Shown in pieces: positions 55,023 through 64,000 of a stretch of 64,000 nucleotides of DNA. The stretch is from NCBI GenBank assembly GCA_963752285.1, contig CAVVXN010000001.1, positions 192,253-256,252 of the forward strand. Reading direction: 5' to 3'. This stretch comes from an uncultured Planctomycetota bacterium. Its GTDB lineage: Bacteria > Planctomycetota > PLA2 > JAEUHO01. The position numbers were made by a program, and so were the translations under genes. The notes beneath the pieces are model-generated. The model saw only the letters and a list, made by a program, of their open reading frames with translations, was not told the DNA's origin and ran no database searches. Numbering within the stretch: position 1 is the stretch's first letter; each line of letters starts with the position of its first letter.

Positions 55023-55666
55023 GATCCTTCTCCTTCGTCGAGCGCGCCCGAGTGCGGCGTCTCGCCGCGCCGGCGCGCCAGCCGCCCCTCCAGGCGCCGT
55101 CGCGCTCGGAAGAGGCGGGACTCGACCGTGCCGAGCGAGAGGCTCAGCACCTCGGCGATCTCCTGGTAGGTCATCCCCTCGAGCTCGCGGAGCGCGAGAA
55201 CGGTCCGGTAGCGCTCGGGGAGGGCGGCGATGGCCGCCCGGACCGCGAGCCGGCGCTCGCGACGCTCGAGGTCCTCGAGCACCGGCGGGCCCCCGGCGGG
55301 GATCCGGGCCGACATCGCGTCGTCCAGCGGCGTGAGCGGGCGCCGGCGCCGGCTCTTCACGTAGTCCTTCGCGGCGTTCACCGCCACGCGGTAGAGCCAC
55401 GTGTAGAGCCCCGAGTCGCCGTGGAACGACTCGATGCGGAACCAGGCCTTGGTGAAGGTCGCCTGCACGACGTCGTCCACGGCGTCCCGGTCCCGGAGGA
55501 TCCCCGCCACAACGCTCGCCAGGCGCTCGCCGAAGGCCACGACGACCTCCCCGAGCGCCGTCTCGTCCCGCGCCCGGAGCCGCTCGACCCAGTCCGCCTG
55601 CCGGCCCGCGTCGGGGCTGGCCGGGCGCCGGGTGGGGGAGGCCGCGGCGAGGGGCGTGGCGGACAT
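55019..55666 (-). CDS. ECF (group 4) RNA polymerase sigma factor
   Basis: Region 2: DDVVQATFTKAWFRIESF..LYTWLYRVAVNAAKDY. Region 4: PERYRTVLALRELEGMTYQEIAEVLSLSLGTVESRLFRAR. Confidence 0.9.
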   Translation of the reverse strand: MSATPLAAASPTRRPASPDAGRQADWVERLRARDETALGEVVVAFGERLASVVAGILRDRDAVDDVVQATFTKAWFRIESFHGDSGLYTWLYRVAVNAAKDYVKSRRRRPLTPLDDAMSARIPAGGPPVLEDLERRERRLAVRAAIAALPERYRTVLALRELEGMTYQEIAEVLSLSLGTVESRLFRARRRLEGRLARRRGETPHSGALDEGEGS

Positions 55667-55776
55667 GGGGTCCTCCGACGACGAGGGCGACGCGCCGTGC
55701 GCCGCCCTCTCCTTGGACGACCTCTCCTCCGCCGGCTTCCCCCGGTCCGCGGGCGGTCGGGGCGGCTCCGGCGGGC

Positions 55777-58700
55777 TCACGGGGCGCCGAGCCGCCGGTC
55801 GAGGTGTCGGGCCACCTCCTCGTAGACGGAGAGGAGGTGCCGGATCACGTCCTGGTGGCCGCCGGGGTACCAGGCGACCCGCGCGCCGCCCCACGCCTTC
55901 GCCAGGGCCTCTACCCCACTCTGGGGCGCCACGGGGTCGCTGTCCCCCGCCACGAGCAGCACGCGGTCCGCGAGGTCGGGCCGCGCGAGGGCCGCGGGAT
56001 CGATGGGGCCGAGGAGGTCCCGGGCCTCCTCGGGGCCGACCCCGCGGCGCAGGAGCTCCCTCGTGATCCGGTCGGTCACCCCGTTCGGCCGAAAGAGGGC
56101 GCCCCCGGGGTGGCTCGACGCGAGGAGGAAGACGCCGGCGGCGAATCGGTCGGGGTACGCCCCGAGCGCGAGCGAGGCGACGTGCCCGCCGAGGCTGATC
56201 CCGAGAATCGCCTGCCGGTCGGGCGGGAACCCCCGGGCCGACTCGAGCCATAGACTCGCGCGCTTCGCGTCCGCGGCGCCCTGGAAGGCCGCCTCACGCG
56301 TGCGCGCTAGGTCACGGGAGAGGGTCAGCGCGCCCGAGCCGACGCCCTCCGGGGCCCGGTCGTACTGCCACGGCAGTGGGAGGAGCATCACGGCGTAGCC
56401 GTGCCGTGCGAACGCGAGGGCCAGCAGCCGTTCTCCCGGCGCCGAGCGGGCCTCCTTCCAGTGGGGGAGCTGGATCACCGCGCCGCGCGGCGCCCGCGGT
56501 GTGAAGAGGTCGGCCTCGAAGTGGTCGTTCCCCGGGTCGCCCGAGCGGACCGGCGAGTCGAGCTCCACCCGCTCGACCCTGACGCCCGCGAAGTCGTCGA
56601 GCACCACGCGCGTCGTGACGTCGCCGGGCCCCGTCACGGTCCAGGGGGGCGCGTACCGCGCGGCCACGTCGGGGGGCAGCAGGTCGGCGAGGTCGTAGTC
56701 GGCGAACGTGAGGCCCCGGCCCGCCCCCCGGGGGCGGACGCCCGCGTCCCGCGCGACGTGGAAGCGTCCGAGCTCGGGCTCGAAGACGACCGCCAGGAGC
56801 GTCCCGTCGTTCAGGACGCCGCCGTCCTCGAGCGCGAGGGCCGACTCGACGTCGGCGAGACGGATCTTCGTCGAGCGGTCCTCGAGGACGCGACGGACGG
56901 CGGGGTAGCGGCGGCGGGACGACCCGTCGCTCGTCGGGATCGTGGGATCGGGCGGGCCCTCGAACGCCTGGGGGGGCGCGCCGGGGTCCACGCCGAGGAG
57001 GAGGCCTCCGACGGGCCGACGGACCTCGGCGTGGCGGGCCGTCACCTCGACCACGCGGGCGTCGAGCGCGCGCCCGTCCGAGATCGTGATCTTGTAGCCA
57101 CAGGTCCCCGGCCCCTCCCGCGCCCTACGGACGGCGTCGCCGAGCGACCCCGCGTGTTGGACGACGTCGCGGATCAGAAGATTCACGGGGATCCCGTCGC
57201 GGGTCGTGTCGTCCGGGGCGGCGCACGACTCCTCGGTCACCGCGATGCCCTGTGCGCCCATCGCGCGGAGCGCCCCGACCATCCCCGGCCAGGTGACGCT
57301 CACGAACGGATGTCCCTCGGCCGGCACGAGCACCTCGGTCACGACACGGGGCTTCAGCACCTCGCCGAGCCCCCAGTCGAGGGTCGAGCCGTGGAGGAGC
57401 TGGCCCATGCTGGTCGCGTCGCCGAGGGCCACGACGTTCGTGCACCGCGCCGGGAGCGACAGGTACGAGGTCTTGTCGGGCTGCTCCGCGAGCGTCAGGA
57501 ACAGGTTCTCGAGCAGGATCGCGTCGTACGGGACGCCGGCGCCGCGCGCAATCCCCTCCATCTCGGCCAGGTAGGCCGGCGGGACGTGTCGCTGGAGACG
57601 ACGCGCGTGGAGCACGAGCAGGGGGAGCACGAGGTCGCGGGGCCTGAGCCCGGTGGCGACGAAGGCGGGGAGGAGGGCCAGGCCTCCGCCGTGCCCGAGC
57701 ACCTCGTCCACGATCTCTCCGCCCGCGGCCCGGAGCAGGTCGCGGACCTGGGGCCGGAGCCGGCGGCCCTGGGCGAGGCCGAGGGCGAGGCCGGGAGGGT
57801 CGTCGGGGACGTCCGCGCCGGCGCGGATGAGGACGGGGGCCCCGGGGACCGCGGCCGGGGCCCCGGCGCCTCCCGGGCCGCCTCCCGTCGGGTCGGCCTC
57901 CGCGTCTTCGCCCGCCGCGGCGGCGGCGAGGCGGTCGGCGGCGTCGGGCCCGAAGAGGGAGAGGTCGGCCTCGTACCCGCCGCGGTAGAAGCCCGCGCGG
58001 CTGACGAAGTAGCCGAGGTGGTCGCCGGCACAGGCGAGGACCCACGTGGACCGGCCCTGCCCCAGGCGCCGGCCCACGGCGAACGTCGGCTCGCCGGGCA
58101 CCGTCACGAGGTGGAGGCCGGCGATCTCGAGCCGGGAGACGGGGAGCGCGAAGGTGGCGGACGGTGCGAGCGGGTCCTCGTCCGAGCCCAACAGGCGCGA
58201 CGCGACCGTCGGGGCGTGGACCTCGCGCGTGCCGAGCACGCGGAGGGCGCCTCCTCGGGTCGCGCCGGACCCGGCGCTCGGGGCGGGGCGGTCCGCCGGG
58301 GCCCCGAGCGCCCGGAGCGCGACGTCGGCCACGGTGCGGCCGAACGCCTCGGCGCGGTCGAAGGGGTCTCGCCCGGCGTCGTCCGGCGCGACCGGCGACA
58401 CGTCGCCCATCGCGCCGTTCCAGAAGATCGCGACGGTTCCCGGTCGGCGACGCTCGATCTCGCGCCGGAGCGCCCCGGGCCAGCCCGCGGAGAGCGCCGT
58501 CACGTCGGAGCCGAGGATCGTCGGGTGGGCCGCCGCGTGCACGACGACGGCGCGAAGCGCCCCGCCCGGCGACTCGATCGCCAGGACGCCGACGGTCGGG
58601 TCCACGGGCCCGTCCGGAAACGCGCGATTCCGTACCGGGAGTCCTTCGGTGCGCGTCCACGAGACGCGGGCCGGCGCGAGGTCCGCGTACGCCCTGCGGA

Positions 58701-59175
58701 CCGCGCTCTCCACGCGCGCGGCGGTGCGCCGGAACAGCGCCGGGTCGAACCGGCCCATGGCGGGGCGCCAGAGGGGCACTTCGGAGAGGGCGCCGGGACC
58801 CGCGTGCGTGTGCGTGGCGAGGATCACGACGTCGCCGAGGCCGAGGTCCGAGACGCGCTCGCGCACCAGGTCCACCAGGGAACGGCTCACGCCCACGAGG
58901 TCGAGCGCGACGATCGCCACCGACGCCCCGCCCTCGCGCAGCACGAGGGCGCGCGCTTCGATCGGGTCGTGGACGCCGGTGCTCGGCCTGCCGTGTCGCG
59001 CGGCGTAGCCGCCGAGGGGAACGGGACCCTCCGGGGTCAGGTCCACGACCGCGAGCCCCGCCTCGAGGCCGCCCGGCTCGGGGTCGGCCGGAGCGGACGT
59101 CCCGAACGCCGCCGCGAGCGCGAGGAGGAGGACGATGGTCGGGAGGAGCCGGGCCGCCGGGCGCGCTCGGGGCAT
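55777..59175 (-). CDS. secreted three-domain hydrolase fusion: neutral-ceramidase-like + Ntn (C45/acyltransferase-like) + alpha/beta hydrolase
   Basis: Signal LLPTIVLLLALAAAFG. Ceramidase-like: GGYAARHGRPSTGVHDPIEARALVL, ILATHTHAGPGA. Ntn-like: ARCTNVVALGDATSMGQLLHGSTLDWG..VTWPGMVGALRAMGAQGIAV. Alpha/beta part: GISLGGHVAS (GxSxG), GDSDPV, GGHQD. Confidence 0.7.
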   Translation of the reverse strand: MPRARPAARLLPTIVLLLALAAAFGTSAPADPEPGGLEAGLAVVDLTPEGPVPLGGYAARHGRPSTGVHDPIEARALVLREGGASVAIVALDLVGVSRSLVDLVRERVSDLGLGDVVILATHTHAGPGALSEVPLWRPAMGRFDPALFRRTAARVESAVRRAYADLAPARVSWTRTEGLPVRNRAFPDGPVDPTVGVLAIESPGGALRAVVVHAAAHPTILGSDVTALSAGWPGALRREIERRRPGTVAIFWNGAMGDVSPVAPDDAGRDPFDRAEAFGRTVADVALRALGAPADRPAPSAGSGATRGGALRVLGTREVHAPTVASRLLGSDEDPLAPSATFALPVSRLEIAGLHLVTVPGEPTFAVGRRLGQGRSTWVLACAGDHLGYFVSRAGFYRGGYEADLSLFGPDAADRLAAAAAGEDAEADPTGGGPGGAGAPAAVPGAPVLIRAGADVPDDPPGLALGLAQGRRLRPQVRDLLRAAGGEIVDEVLGHGGGLALLPAFVATGLRPRDLVLPLLVLHARRLQRHVPPAYLAEMEGIARGAGVPYDAILLENLFLTLAEQPDKTSYLSLPARCTNVVALGDATSMGQLLHGSTLDWGLGEVLKPRVVTEVLVPAEGHPFVSVTWPGMVGALRAMGAQGIAVTEESCAAPDDTTRDGIPVNLLIRDVVQHAGSLGDAVRRAREGPGTCGYKITISDGRALDARVVEVTARHAEVRRPVGGLLLGVDPGAPPQAFEGPPDPTIPTSDGSSRRRYPAVRRVLEDRSTKIRLADVESALALEDGGVLNDGTLLAVVFEPELGRFHVARDAGVRPRGAGRGLTFADYDLADLLPPDVAARYAPPWTVTGPGDVTTRVVLDDFAGVRVERVELDSPVRSGDPGNDHFEADLFTPRAPRGAVIQLPHWKEARSAPGERLLALAFARHGYAVMLLPLPWQYDRAPEGVGSGALTLSRDLARTREAAFQGAADAKRASLWLESARGFPPDRQAILGISLGGHVASLALGAYPDRFAAGVFLLASSHPGGALFRPNGVTDRITRELLRRGVGPEEARDLLGPIDPAALARPDLADRVLLVAGDSDPVAPQSGVEALAKAWGGARVAWYPGGHQDVIRHLLSVYEEVARHLDRRLGAP

Positions 59176-59184
59176 TCCCCGATC

Positions 59185-59616
59185 CTACGGCGTCGGCCCG
59201 CGGAGCGCGTCCACCCCGGACGCGCACCAGCCGAGCGGGAGCCAGGGGCAGGTGGTGCAGATCGTGGGGAGGTCCGCGCCCCGGACCCGCTCGGTCACGT
59301 GACCGAGCACCTCGCGCCAGGGGAGCCGCCGTCCCTCTTCCAGGCCGAGGCGTCGGAGGACCTCGCGGTCCTGGGCGCGCATGTGGGCCTCGTGGTCGGG
59401 CCCCGAGAGCGTGCAGCCCCCCCGGTGGTGGGGGCACGCGTCGCAGAGGACGTCGGGGCGGACGAGCAGCAGGACCTCGCGGTCGGGGTCGAGTCGGAGG
59501 GCCTCGGCGACCACGGTCATGCGACGGACGAAGCCCTCGGAGTACCCCTTCCCCCGGTAGCCGAGGAGGCAGAGGAGGTTGTGCGCGCGAAGGGGGATCG
59601 GAGACGCGAGGTCCAC
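59185..59616 (-). CDS. DUF1284-like Cys-rich (putative Fe-S) protein
   Basis: LRAHNLLCLLGYRGKGYS, LCDACPHHRGGC and ICTTCPWLPLGWC cysteine clusters. GTG start. Confidence 0.7.
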   Translation of the reverse strand: MDLASPIPLRAHNLLCLLGYRGKGYSEGFVRRMTVVAEALRLDPDREVLLLVRPDVLCDACPHHRGGCTLSGPDHEAHMRAQDREVLRRLGLEEGRRLPWREVLGHVTERVRGADLPTICTTCPWLPLGWCASGVDALRGPTP

Positions 59617-59809
59617 GGGACCGGAGTCTACGCTCCGGCCGAAAGCGTCCCTTCCGGCTGTCCTCGGCCGGGGACAGGACCATGGGCCAGGGCGTCGCCC
59701 GACGATCGCAACCCCATACGAGGAACCGGGTTATGGTCTTCCAAACGACGAGGCCCCGGTCCGGCACGGGGCGTGAGGATCCACCCCCGACACCTTGAGG
59801 AGCACTTCG

Positions 59810-60250
59810 ATGAACGCCTCCCGCATCTCCCTCGGTTTCGCCCTCGCGCTGGGCCTGGTCTTCCTGGGGACCTCCGCCGCCGAGGCGGCGCCCGTCACGG
59901 GGCTCGTCCCCGCGCCGGCCGCGATCCACGCGGGCGGCTTCGGCGTCGGGATCGCCGTCGGCGTGCCGATCCGCGTGGCGCCGCCGCCGCGCCGGGTCGT
60001 CGTGGCCCCCTCCGGATACTGGACGTGGCGGACCGAGTCGGTCTGGGTGCCCGGTCAGGTGATCGGCTACGACGGCTGGGGACGGGCGATCCAGACGCAG
60101 GGCTACTGGACCGAACGCCAGGTCCGAATCTGGGTGAGCACCCCGGCGCCCGTGACCGTGTACCGTCGCGCGCCCGTGGTCGTGGCGCCGAGGCCCCGCG
60201 TGACGATCGGTCTGGGCTTCGGCTTCGGCTTCGGCCACCACGGGCACTAG
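59810..60250 (+). CDS. small secreted protein with YxW-type repeats and GFGFGFGHHGH tail
   Basis: GAGGAG SD. Signal ISLGFALALGLVFLGTSAAEA. GYWTWRTESVWVPGQ and GYWTERQVRIWV repeats. The (GGCTTC)x3 tandem repeat encodes GFGFGF. Confidence 0.5.
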   Translation: MNASRISLGFALALGLVFLGTSAAEAAPVTGLVPAPAAIHAGGFGVGIAVGVPIRVAPPPRRVVVAPSGYWTWRTESVWVPGQVIGYDGWGRAIQTQGYWTERQVRIWVSTPAPVTVYRRAPVVVAPRPRVTIGLGFGFGFGHHGH

Positions 60251-60313
60251 CCCCACGCTCCCATGGACCGGCGGACGGCCCTGGACCCCTCGGGGTCCGG
60301 GGCCGTTCGCGTT

Positions 60314-61312
60314 TCAGGCCCTCACGCGGAGCACGGCGGAGCCGCGGACGCGGTCCTCCTCGATCGCGAGGAGCCCCGCGTTCACGTCCTCGAAGTCGTA
60401 CGACGTCACCTCGGTCCGGATCGCGCCCTCGCCGGCGATCTCCAGGAGCTCGCGGCCGTCCTCGCGCGTGTTCGCCGTCGTGCTGCGAAGCGTCCGCTCG
60501 CCGAAGAGCACCGCGTCGTAGTCGATCGGCGGGATCTCGCTCATGTGGATCGCGGCGGACGAGACCGTGCCGCCCCACCGGACCGCCCCGAGCGCCTCCA
60601 GCACGACCTCGCCCGCGGGGGCGAAGACGACCGCGCGATCGAGGGGCTCGGGGGGCTTCTCGCCCGGCCCTCCGACCCACTCGGCGCCCATCTGCCGGGC
60701 GTGCTCCTGGTGCGCTTCGCCGCGCGTGACGACGTGGACCCGGCACCCCATGTGGTGCGCGATCTGGAGCGCGATGTGCGCGGACGATCCGAACCCGTAG
60801 AGGCCGACCGTCTCCCCCTCCTCCACGTCGGCCTGCTTGAGGGCGCGGTACCCGATGATGCCGGCGCACAGCAGCGGCGCCGCCTGGAGGTCGTCGATTC
60901 CCTCCGGCAGCAGGTACGCGTACGCCTCGGGGACCTTCACGTACTCCGCGAAGCCGCCGTTCTCCGTGTAGCCGGTGTACCGGGCGTTTCGGCAGAGGTT
61001 CTCGTCGCCGCGGAAGCAGTCCGCGCACGCGTCGCAGGTCTCGTGGAGCCACGCCACGCCGACGCGTTGCCCCGGCTCGAAGCGCTGCCCGCCGCCGACG
61101 ACGCGGCCGACCACCTGGTGTCCGGGGATCAGCGGCAGACGGGGCAGGGGGATCTCGCCCTGGACGACGTGGATGTCCGTGCGGCACAGGCCGCAGACCG
61201 AGACCTCGACCAGGACCTCGCCGTTCTCCGGCGTGGGGTCCTCGACCTCGTCGAGCACCAGCGGCCCCGTCCGGGACAGGGGCCCGGGCTTCTCGAGGAT
61301 CCAGGCCTTCAT
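60314..61312 (-). CDS. zinc-dependent alcohol dehydrogenase (MDR family)
   Basis: VCGLCRTDIHVVQGE, GHQVVGRV, a structural Zn cluster CDACADCFRGDENLC and GLYGFGSSAHIA (Rossmann). Confidence 0.9.
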   Translation of the reverse strand: MKAWILEKPGPLSRTGPLVLDEVEDPTPENGEVLVEVSVCGLCRTDIHVVQGEIPLPRLPLIPGHQVVGRVVGGGQRFEPGQRVGVAWLHETCDACADCFRGDENLCRNARYTGYTENGGFAEYVKVPEAYAYLLPEGIDDLQAAPLLCAGIIGYRALKQADVEEGETVGLYGFGSSAHIALQIAHHMGCRVHVVTRGEAHQEHARQMGAEWVGGPGEKPPEPLDRAVVFAPAGEVVLEALGAVRWGGTVSSAAIHMSEIPPIDYDAVLFGERTLRSTTANTREDGRELLEIAGEGAIRTEVTSYDFEDVNAGLLAIEEDRVRGSAVLRVRA

Positions 61313-61421
61313 GCGCGCACCCTCCGCCGGGATTCTCCCAGGTCGGGGCGCGCGGGGGAACGGGCCAATGTCCCCCCCCGGGGGGCGTCAGGGACGCGTG
61401 GGGAGCGGCGTGGCCGCTCGA

Positions 61422-64000
61422 TCAGACGTCGAGGGGGTCGAGCTTCTCGGGGTCGATCTCGAGCGTCTCGATCGCCGCAGCCACCTCGGCGGGCTCCGCG
61501 AGGCCGTCCCGGGCGAGCGCGGTGAGCGCGGCCAACGCGATGTGTGCGGCGTCCACCTCGAAGTGCCGGCGGAGCATCTCGCGCGTGTCGCTCATCCCGA
61601 AACCGTCGGTGCCGAGGGTCACGTACGTCGCGTCCACCCACGGCGCGATCTGGTCCGCGACGAGCTTGAGGAAGTCGCTGGCCGCGACGATCGGGCCCTC
61701 GACGTTCTCGAGCGTCCTTCGGAGGAACGACACCTTCGGCTCCGCCTCCGGGTGGAGGCGGTTCCAGCGGTCCGCGCGGAGCGCGTCGCGTCGCAGCTGC
61801 TGGTAGCTCGTCGCGCTCCACACGTCGGACGACACGTCGAAGGTCTCGGCAAGCAGCTCCTGCGCCTCGAGCGCGCGCTCGAGGATCGCGCCGCTCCCAA
61901 AGAGGTTCACGTGACGGCGTCCCCGCGCGGGCGCGGACTGGTAGCGGTAGAGGCCGTGGAGCACGCCCTCACGGATCTCGCCGAGCGGGCCCGGGAGCCG
62001 AGGCTGCGGGTAGTTCTCGTTGTGGATGGTGAGGTAGTAGAAGACGTCCTCTTCGCGCTCGATCATGCGTTCGAGCCCGTCCTCCACGATCATCGCGATC
62101 TCGTACGCCCACGCCGGGTCGTAGGACCGGAGGTTCGGGATCACCGTGGCGAGGAGCTGGCTGTGGCCGTCCTCGTGCTGCAGGCCCTCGCCGTTCAGCG
62201 TCGTGCGTCCCGCGGTGGCGCCCATGAGGAAGCCGCGGCCGCGCGCGTCGCCGAACGCCCACATCAGGTCGCCCGTCCGCTGGAATCCGAACATGGAGTA
62301 GAAGATGTAGAAGGGGACCATCGGCTGGCCGTGCGTGGCGTACGACGTCCCCGCGGCCGTGAACGAGGCCATGGACCCGGCTTCGGTGATGCCCTCCTCG
62401 AGCACCTGGCCGTCCTTCGTCTCTCGGTAGTAGAGGAGCTGCTCCTTGTCCACGGGCTCGTACAGCTGACCGTGCGCGGCGTAGATCCCCACCTGGCGGA
62501 AGAGCGGCTCCATCCCGAACGTGCGCGCCTCGTCGGGGATGATCGGTACGACGCGGCGACCGAGCTGCGGGTGCTTGATGAGCTTCGTCATGAGACGAAC
62601 GAACGCCATCGTGGTGGACACGCCGCCGGGATTGGACGTTCCCTCGTGGAACTCCTCGTAGAGCGTCGCCTCGGGGAGCTCGAGTCGGACGATCGTCTTC
62701 GACGAACGTTCGGGCACCACGCCGCCGAGCTCCCGTCGCCGCTCCGCGAGGTACTCGACCTCCGGGCTCCGGGGCCCCGGGTGGTAGTAGGGCGCCTCGT
62801 GCAGCCGCTCGTCGGCGATGGGGAGGTCGAGGCGGTCGCGGAAGGCCCGGAGCTGGTCGTCGTTGAGCTTCTTCATCTGGTGCGTGACGTTCCTCCCCTC
62901 GAAGCCCTCGCCGAGCGCGAACCCCTTGACCGTCTGGGCGAGCACCACGGTGGGGCGCCCCTGGTGGACGACGGCCATGTGGTACCCCGCGTAGATCTTG
63001 CGGATGTCGTGGCCGCCGCGCCGCAGGTCCTTGATCTGCGCGTCGGTGAGGTGCGAGACCAGCGCGAGGAGCTCGGGGGACGTGCCGAAGAAGTGCTTCC
63101 GGATGTAGCCGCCCGTCTCCGCGCGGAACTTCTGGAGGTGCCCGTCGAGCACCTCGTTCATGCGCCGGTGGAGGAGCCCGTGCTGGTCGCGCGCGAGCAG
63201 GTCGTCCCAGTCTCGCGACCACAGGACCTTGATGACGTTCCACCCCGCGCCCCGGAAGATCGTCTCGAGCTCTTGGACGATCTTCCCGTTCCCGCGCACG
63301 GGCCCGTCGAGCCGCTGCAGGTTGCAGTTGACGACCCACGTCAGGTTGTCGAGACCCTCGCGCGCCGCGACCGAGATCGCGCCGAGCGTCTCGGGCTCGT
63401 CGGACTCGCCGTCCCCCACGAAGGCCCACACGCGCGGCTCGGGGCCCTCGAGGATCCCCCGCGCGGCGAGGTAGCGGTTGAAGCGCGCCTGGTAGATCGA
63501 GTTGATGGGACCGAGGCCCATGGAGACGGTCGGGAACTGCCAGAAGTCGGGCATCAGGCGCGGGTGGGGGTACGAGGACAGGCCCTTTCCGCGCTCGACC
63601 TCGCGCCGGAAGCGGTCGAGGTGGTCCACCGTGAGACGGCCCTCGAGGTACGCGCGCGCGTAGATGCCCGGCGCGCCGTGGCCCTGGAAGAACACCTGGT
63701 CGGCCGAGCGGTGGTCCCCGGGGCCCCGGAAGAAGTGGTGGAAGCCGACGTCGTAGAGCTCGGCGGACGACGCGTACGTGGACAGGTGCCCGCCGAGACC
63801 CGAGAACCGCACGTTCGCCCGGCTCACCATCACGGCGGCGTTCCACCGGATGATGTCGCCGATGCGCGTCTCCATCGCCTCGTCGCCCGGGAAGGCCGGC
63901 TCCTTCTCGGGGGAGATCGTGTTGACGTAGTCGGTCGCGAGGAGGCCCTCGGGCAGGCAGCCGATGCGCCGTGCGCGGTCCAGGAGGCGGGAGAGGACGT
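61422..64000 (-). CDS. aceE: pyruvate dehydrogenase E1 component, homodimeric type (N-terminus beyond window)
   Basis: IIRWNAAVMVSRAN..GGHLSTYASSAELYDVGFHHFF, GDGESDEPE and the transketolase-like C-terminal half. The frame stays open upstream of M63875 to the window edge (..DYVNTISPEKEPAFPGDEAME). Confidence 0.9.
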   Translation of the reverse strand, partial: VLSRLLDRARRIGCLPEGLLATDYVNTISPEKEPAFPGDEAMETRIGDIIRWNAAVMVSRANVRFSGLGGHLSTYASSAELYDVGFHHFFRGPGDHRSADQVFFQGHGAPGIYARAYLEGRLTVDHLDRFRREVERGKGLSSYPHPRLMPDFWQFPTVSMGLGPINSIYQARFNRYLAARGILEGPEPRVWAFVGDGESDEPETLGAISVAAREGLDNLTWVVNCNLQRLDGPVRGNGKIVQELETIFRGAGWNVIKVLWSRDWDDLLARDQHGLLHRRMNEVLDGHLQKFRAETGGYIRKHFFGTSPELLALVSHLTDAQIKDLRRGGHDIRKIYAGYHMAVVHQGRPTVVLAQTVKGFALGEGFEGRNVTHQMKKLNDDQLRAFRDRLDLPIADERLHEAPYYHPGPRSPEVEYLAERRRELGGVVPERSSKTIVRLELPEATLYEEFHEGTSNPGGVSTTMAFVRLMTKLIKHPQLGRRVVPIIPDEARTFGMEPLFRQVGIYAAHGQLYEPVDKEQLLYYRETKDGQVLEEGITEAGSMASFTAAGTSYATHGQPMVPFYIFYSMFGFQRTGDLMWAFGDARGRGFLMGATAGRTTLNGEGLQHEDGHSQLLATVIPNLRSYDPAWAYEIAMIVEDGLERMIEREEDVFYYLTIHNENYPQPRLPGPLGEIREGVLHGLYRYQSAPARGRRHVNLFGSGAILERALEAQELLAETFDVSSDVWSATSYQQLRRDALRADRWNRLHPEAEPKVSFLRRTLENVEGPIVAASDFLKLVADQIAPWVDATYVTLGTDGFGMSDTREMLRRHFEVDAAHIALAALTALARDGLAEPAEVAAAIETLEIDPEKLDPLDV

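Noticed and set aside
56401-60729. 1442-aa plus-strand ORF and 57125-60256(-), 1043 aa.
   Set aside because: These are shadow frames over the three-domain hydrolase, the DUF1284 gene and the small secreted gene. Their composition is non-protein-like (over 20% Arg).
1-64000. Scan for CRISPR arrays, rRNA genes, IS elements or transposase genes, and toxin-antitoxin pairs.
   Set aside because: I saw no regularly spaced direct repeats, no rRNA-like conserved stretches, no DDE/transposase or terminal-inverted-repeat signatures, and no small two-gene TA-like cassettes. The only mobile-element hint is the weak integrase-like motif order reported as a finding.

Overview
Very GC-rich bacterial chromosome segment. 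My hand counts of single 60-nt lines give about 70-85% GC in the flanks; no overall figure was computed. It covers the replication-origin neighbourhood.

Origin core and flanks: nifS-like gene, dnaA, a 466-bp spacer, dnaN, a DUF721/DciA-like gene and gyrB. To the left lies a long minus-strand cluster: trpG/pabA, pyrF, a SAM methyltransferase, bshC-bshB-bshA, a sigma-70 family factor and hemW. An orphan parB sits next to two perfect 16-bp parS-like palindromes. Gene orientation switches at about 14.1-14.3 kb, and DnaA-box-like motifs plus the least GC-rich stretch lie between dnaA and dnaN.

Housekeeping genes to the right:
- a stand-alone T2SSE_N/MshEN protein and tatA
- a 1064-aa OstA/LptA-like secreted protein coupled to kdsC
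- a single ORF that joins ScpA and Fmt in frame
- a USP, a PAS kinase and an HExxH peptidase
- plsC, a CPBP protease, xdhC, htrA and carB
- a PilM/GspL-like plus GspM/PilO-like pair beside an ECF sigma/anti-sigma module
- a 1132-aa secreted three-hydrolase fusion, a Zn-ADH and a partial aceE

Standout region: about 33.3-41.2 kb has clearly lower GC (sampled lines 48-65%). It encodes only signalling proteins:
- a 966-aa Ser/Thr kinase with a degenerate-P-loop NTPase and TPR-like helices; it is split from its apparent C-terminal continuation by a 1-nt indel in a G5 run
- a GAF hybrid histidine kinase with a receiver domain
- an orphan 111-aa secreted protein with its own promoter-like and terminator signals
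- a sigma54-type activator with an in-frame ~580-aa N-terminal extension of unknown function

The GC step on the activator side falls inside the ORF rather than between genes.

No rRNA, tRNA, CRISPR array or intact IS element was recognised. Many very long R/P/G-rich ORFs in the track are GC-driven shadow frames and were not called.
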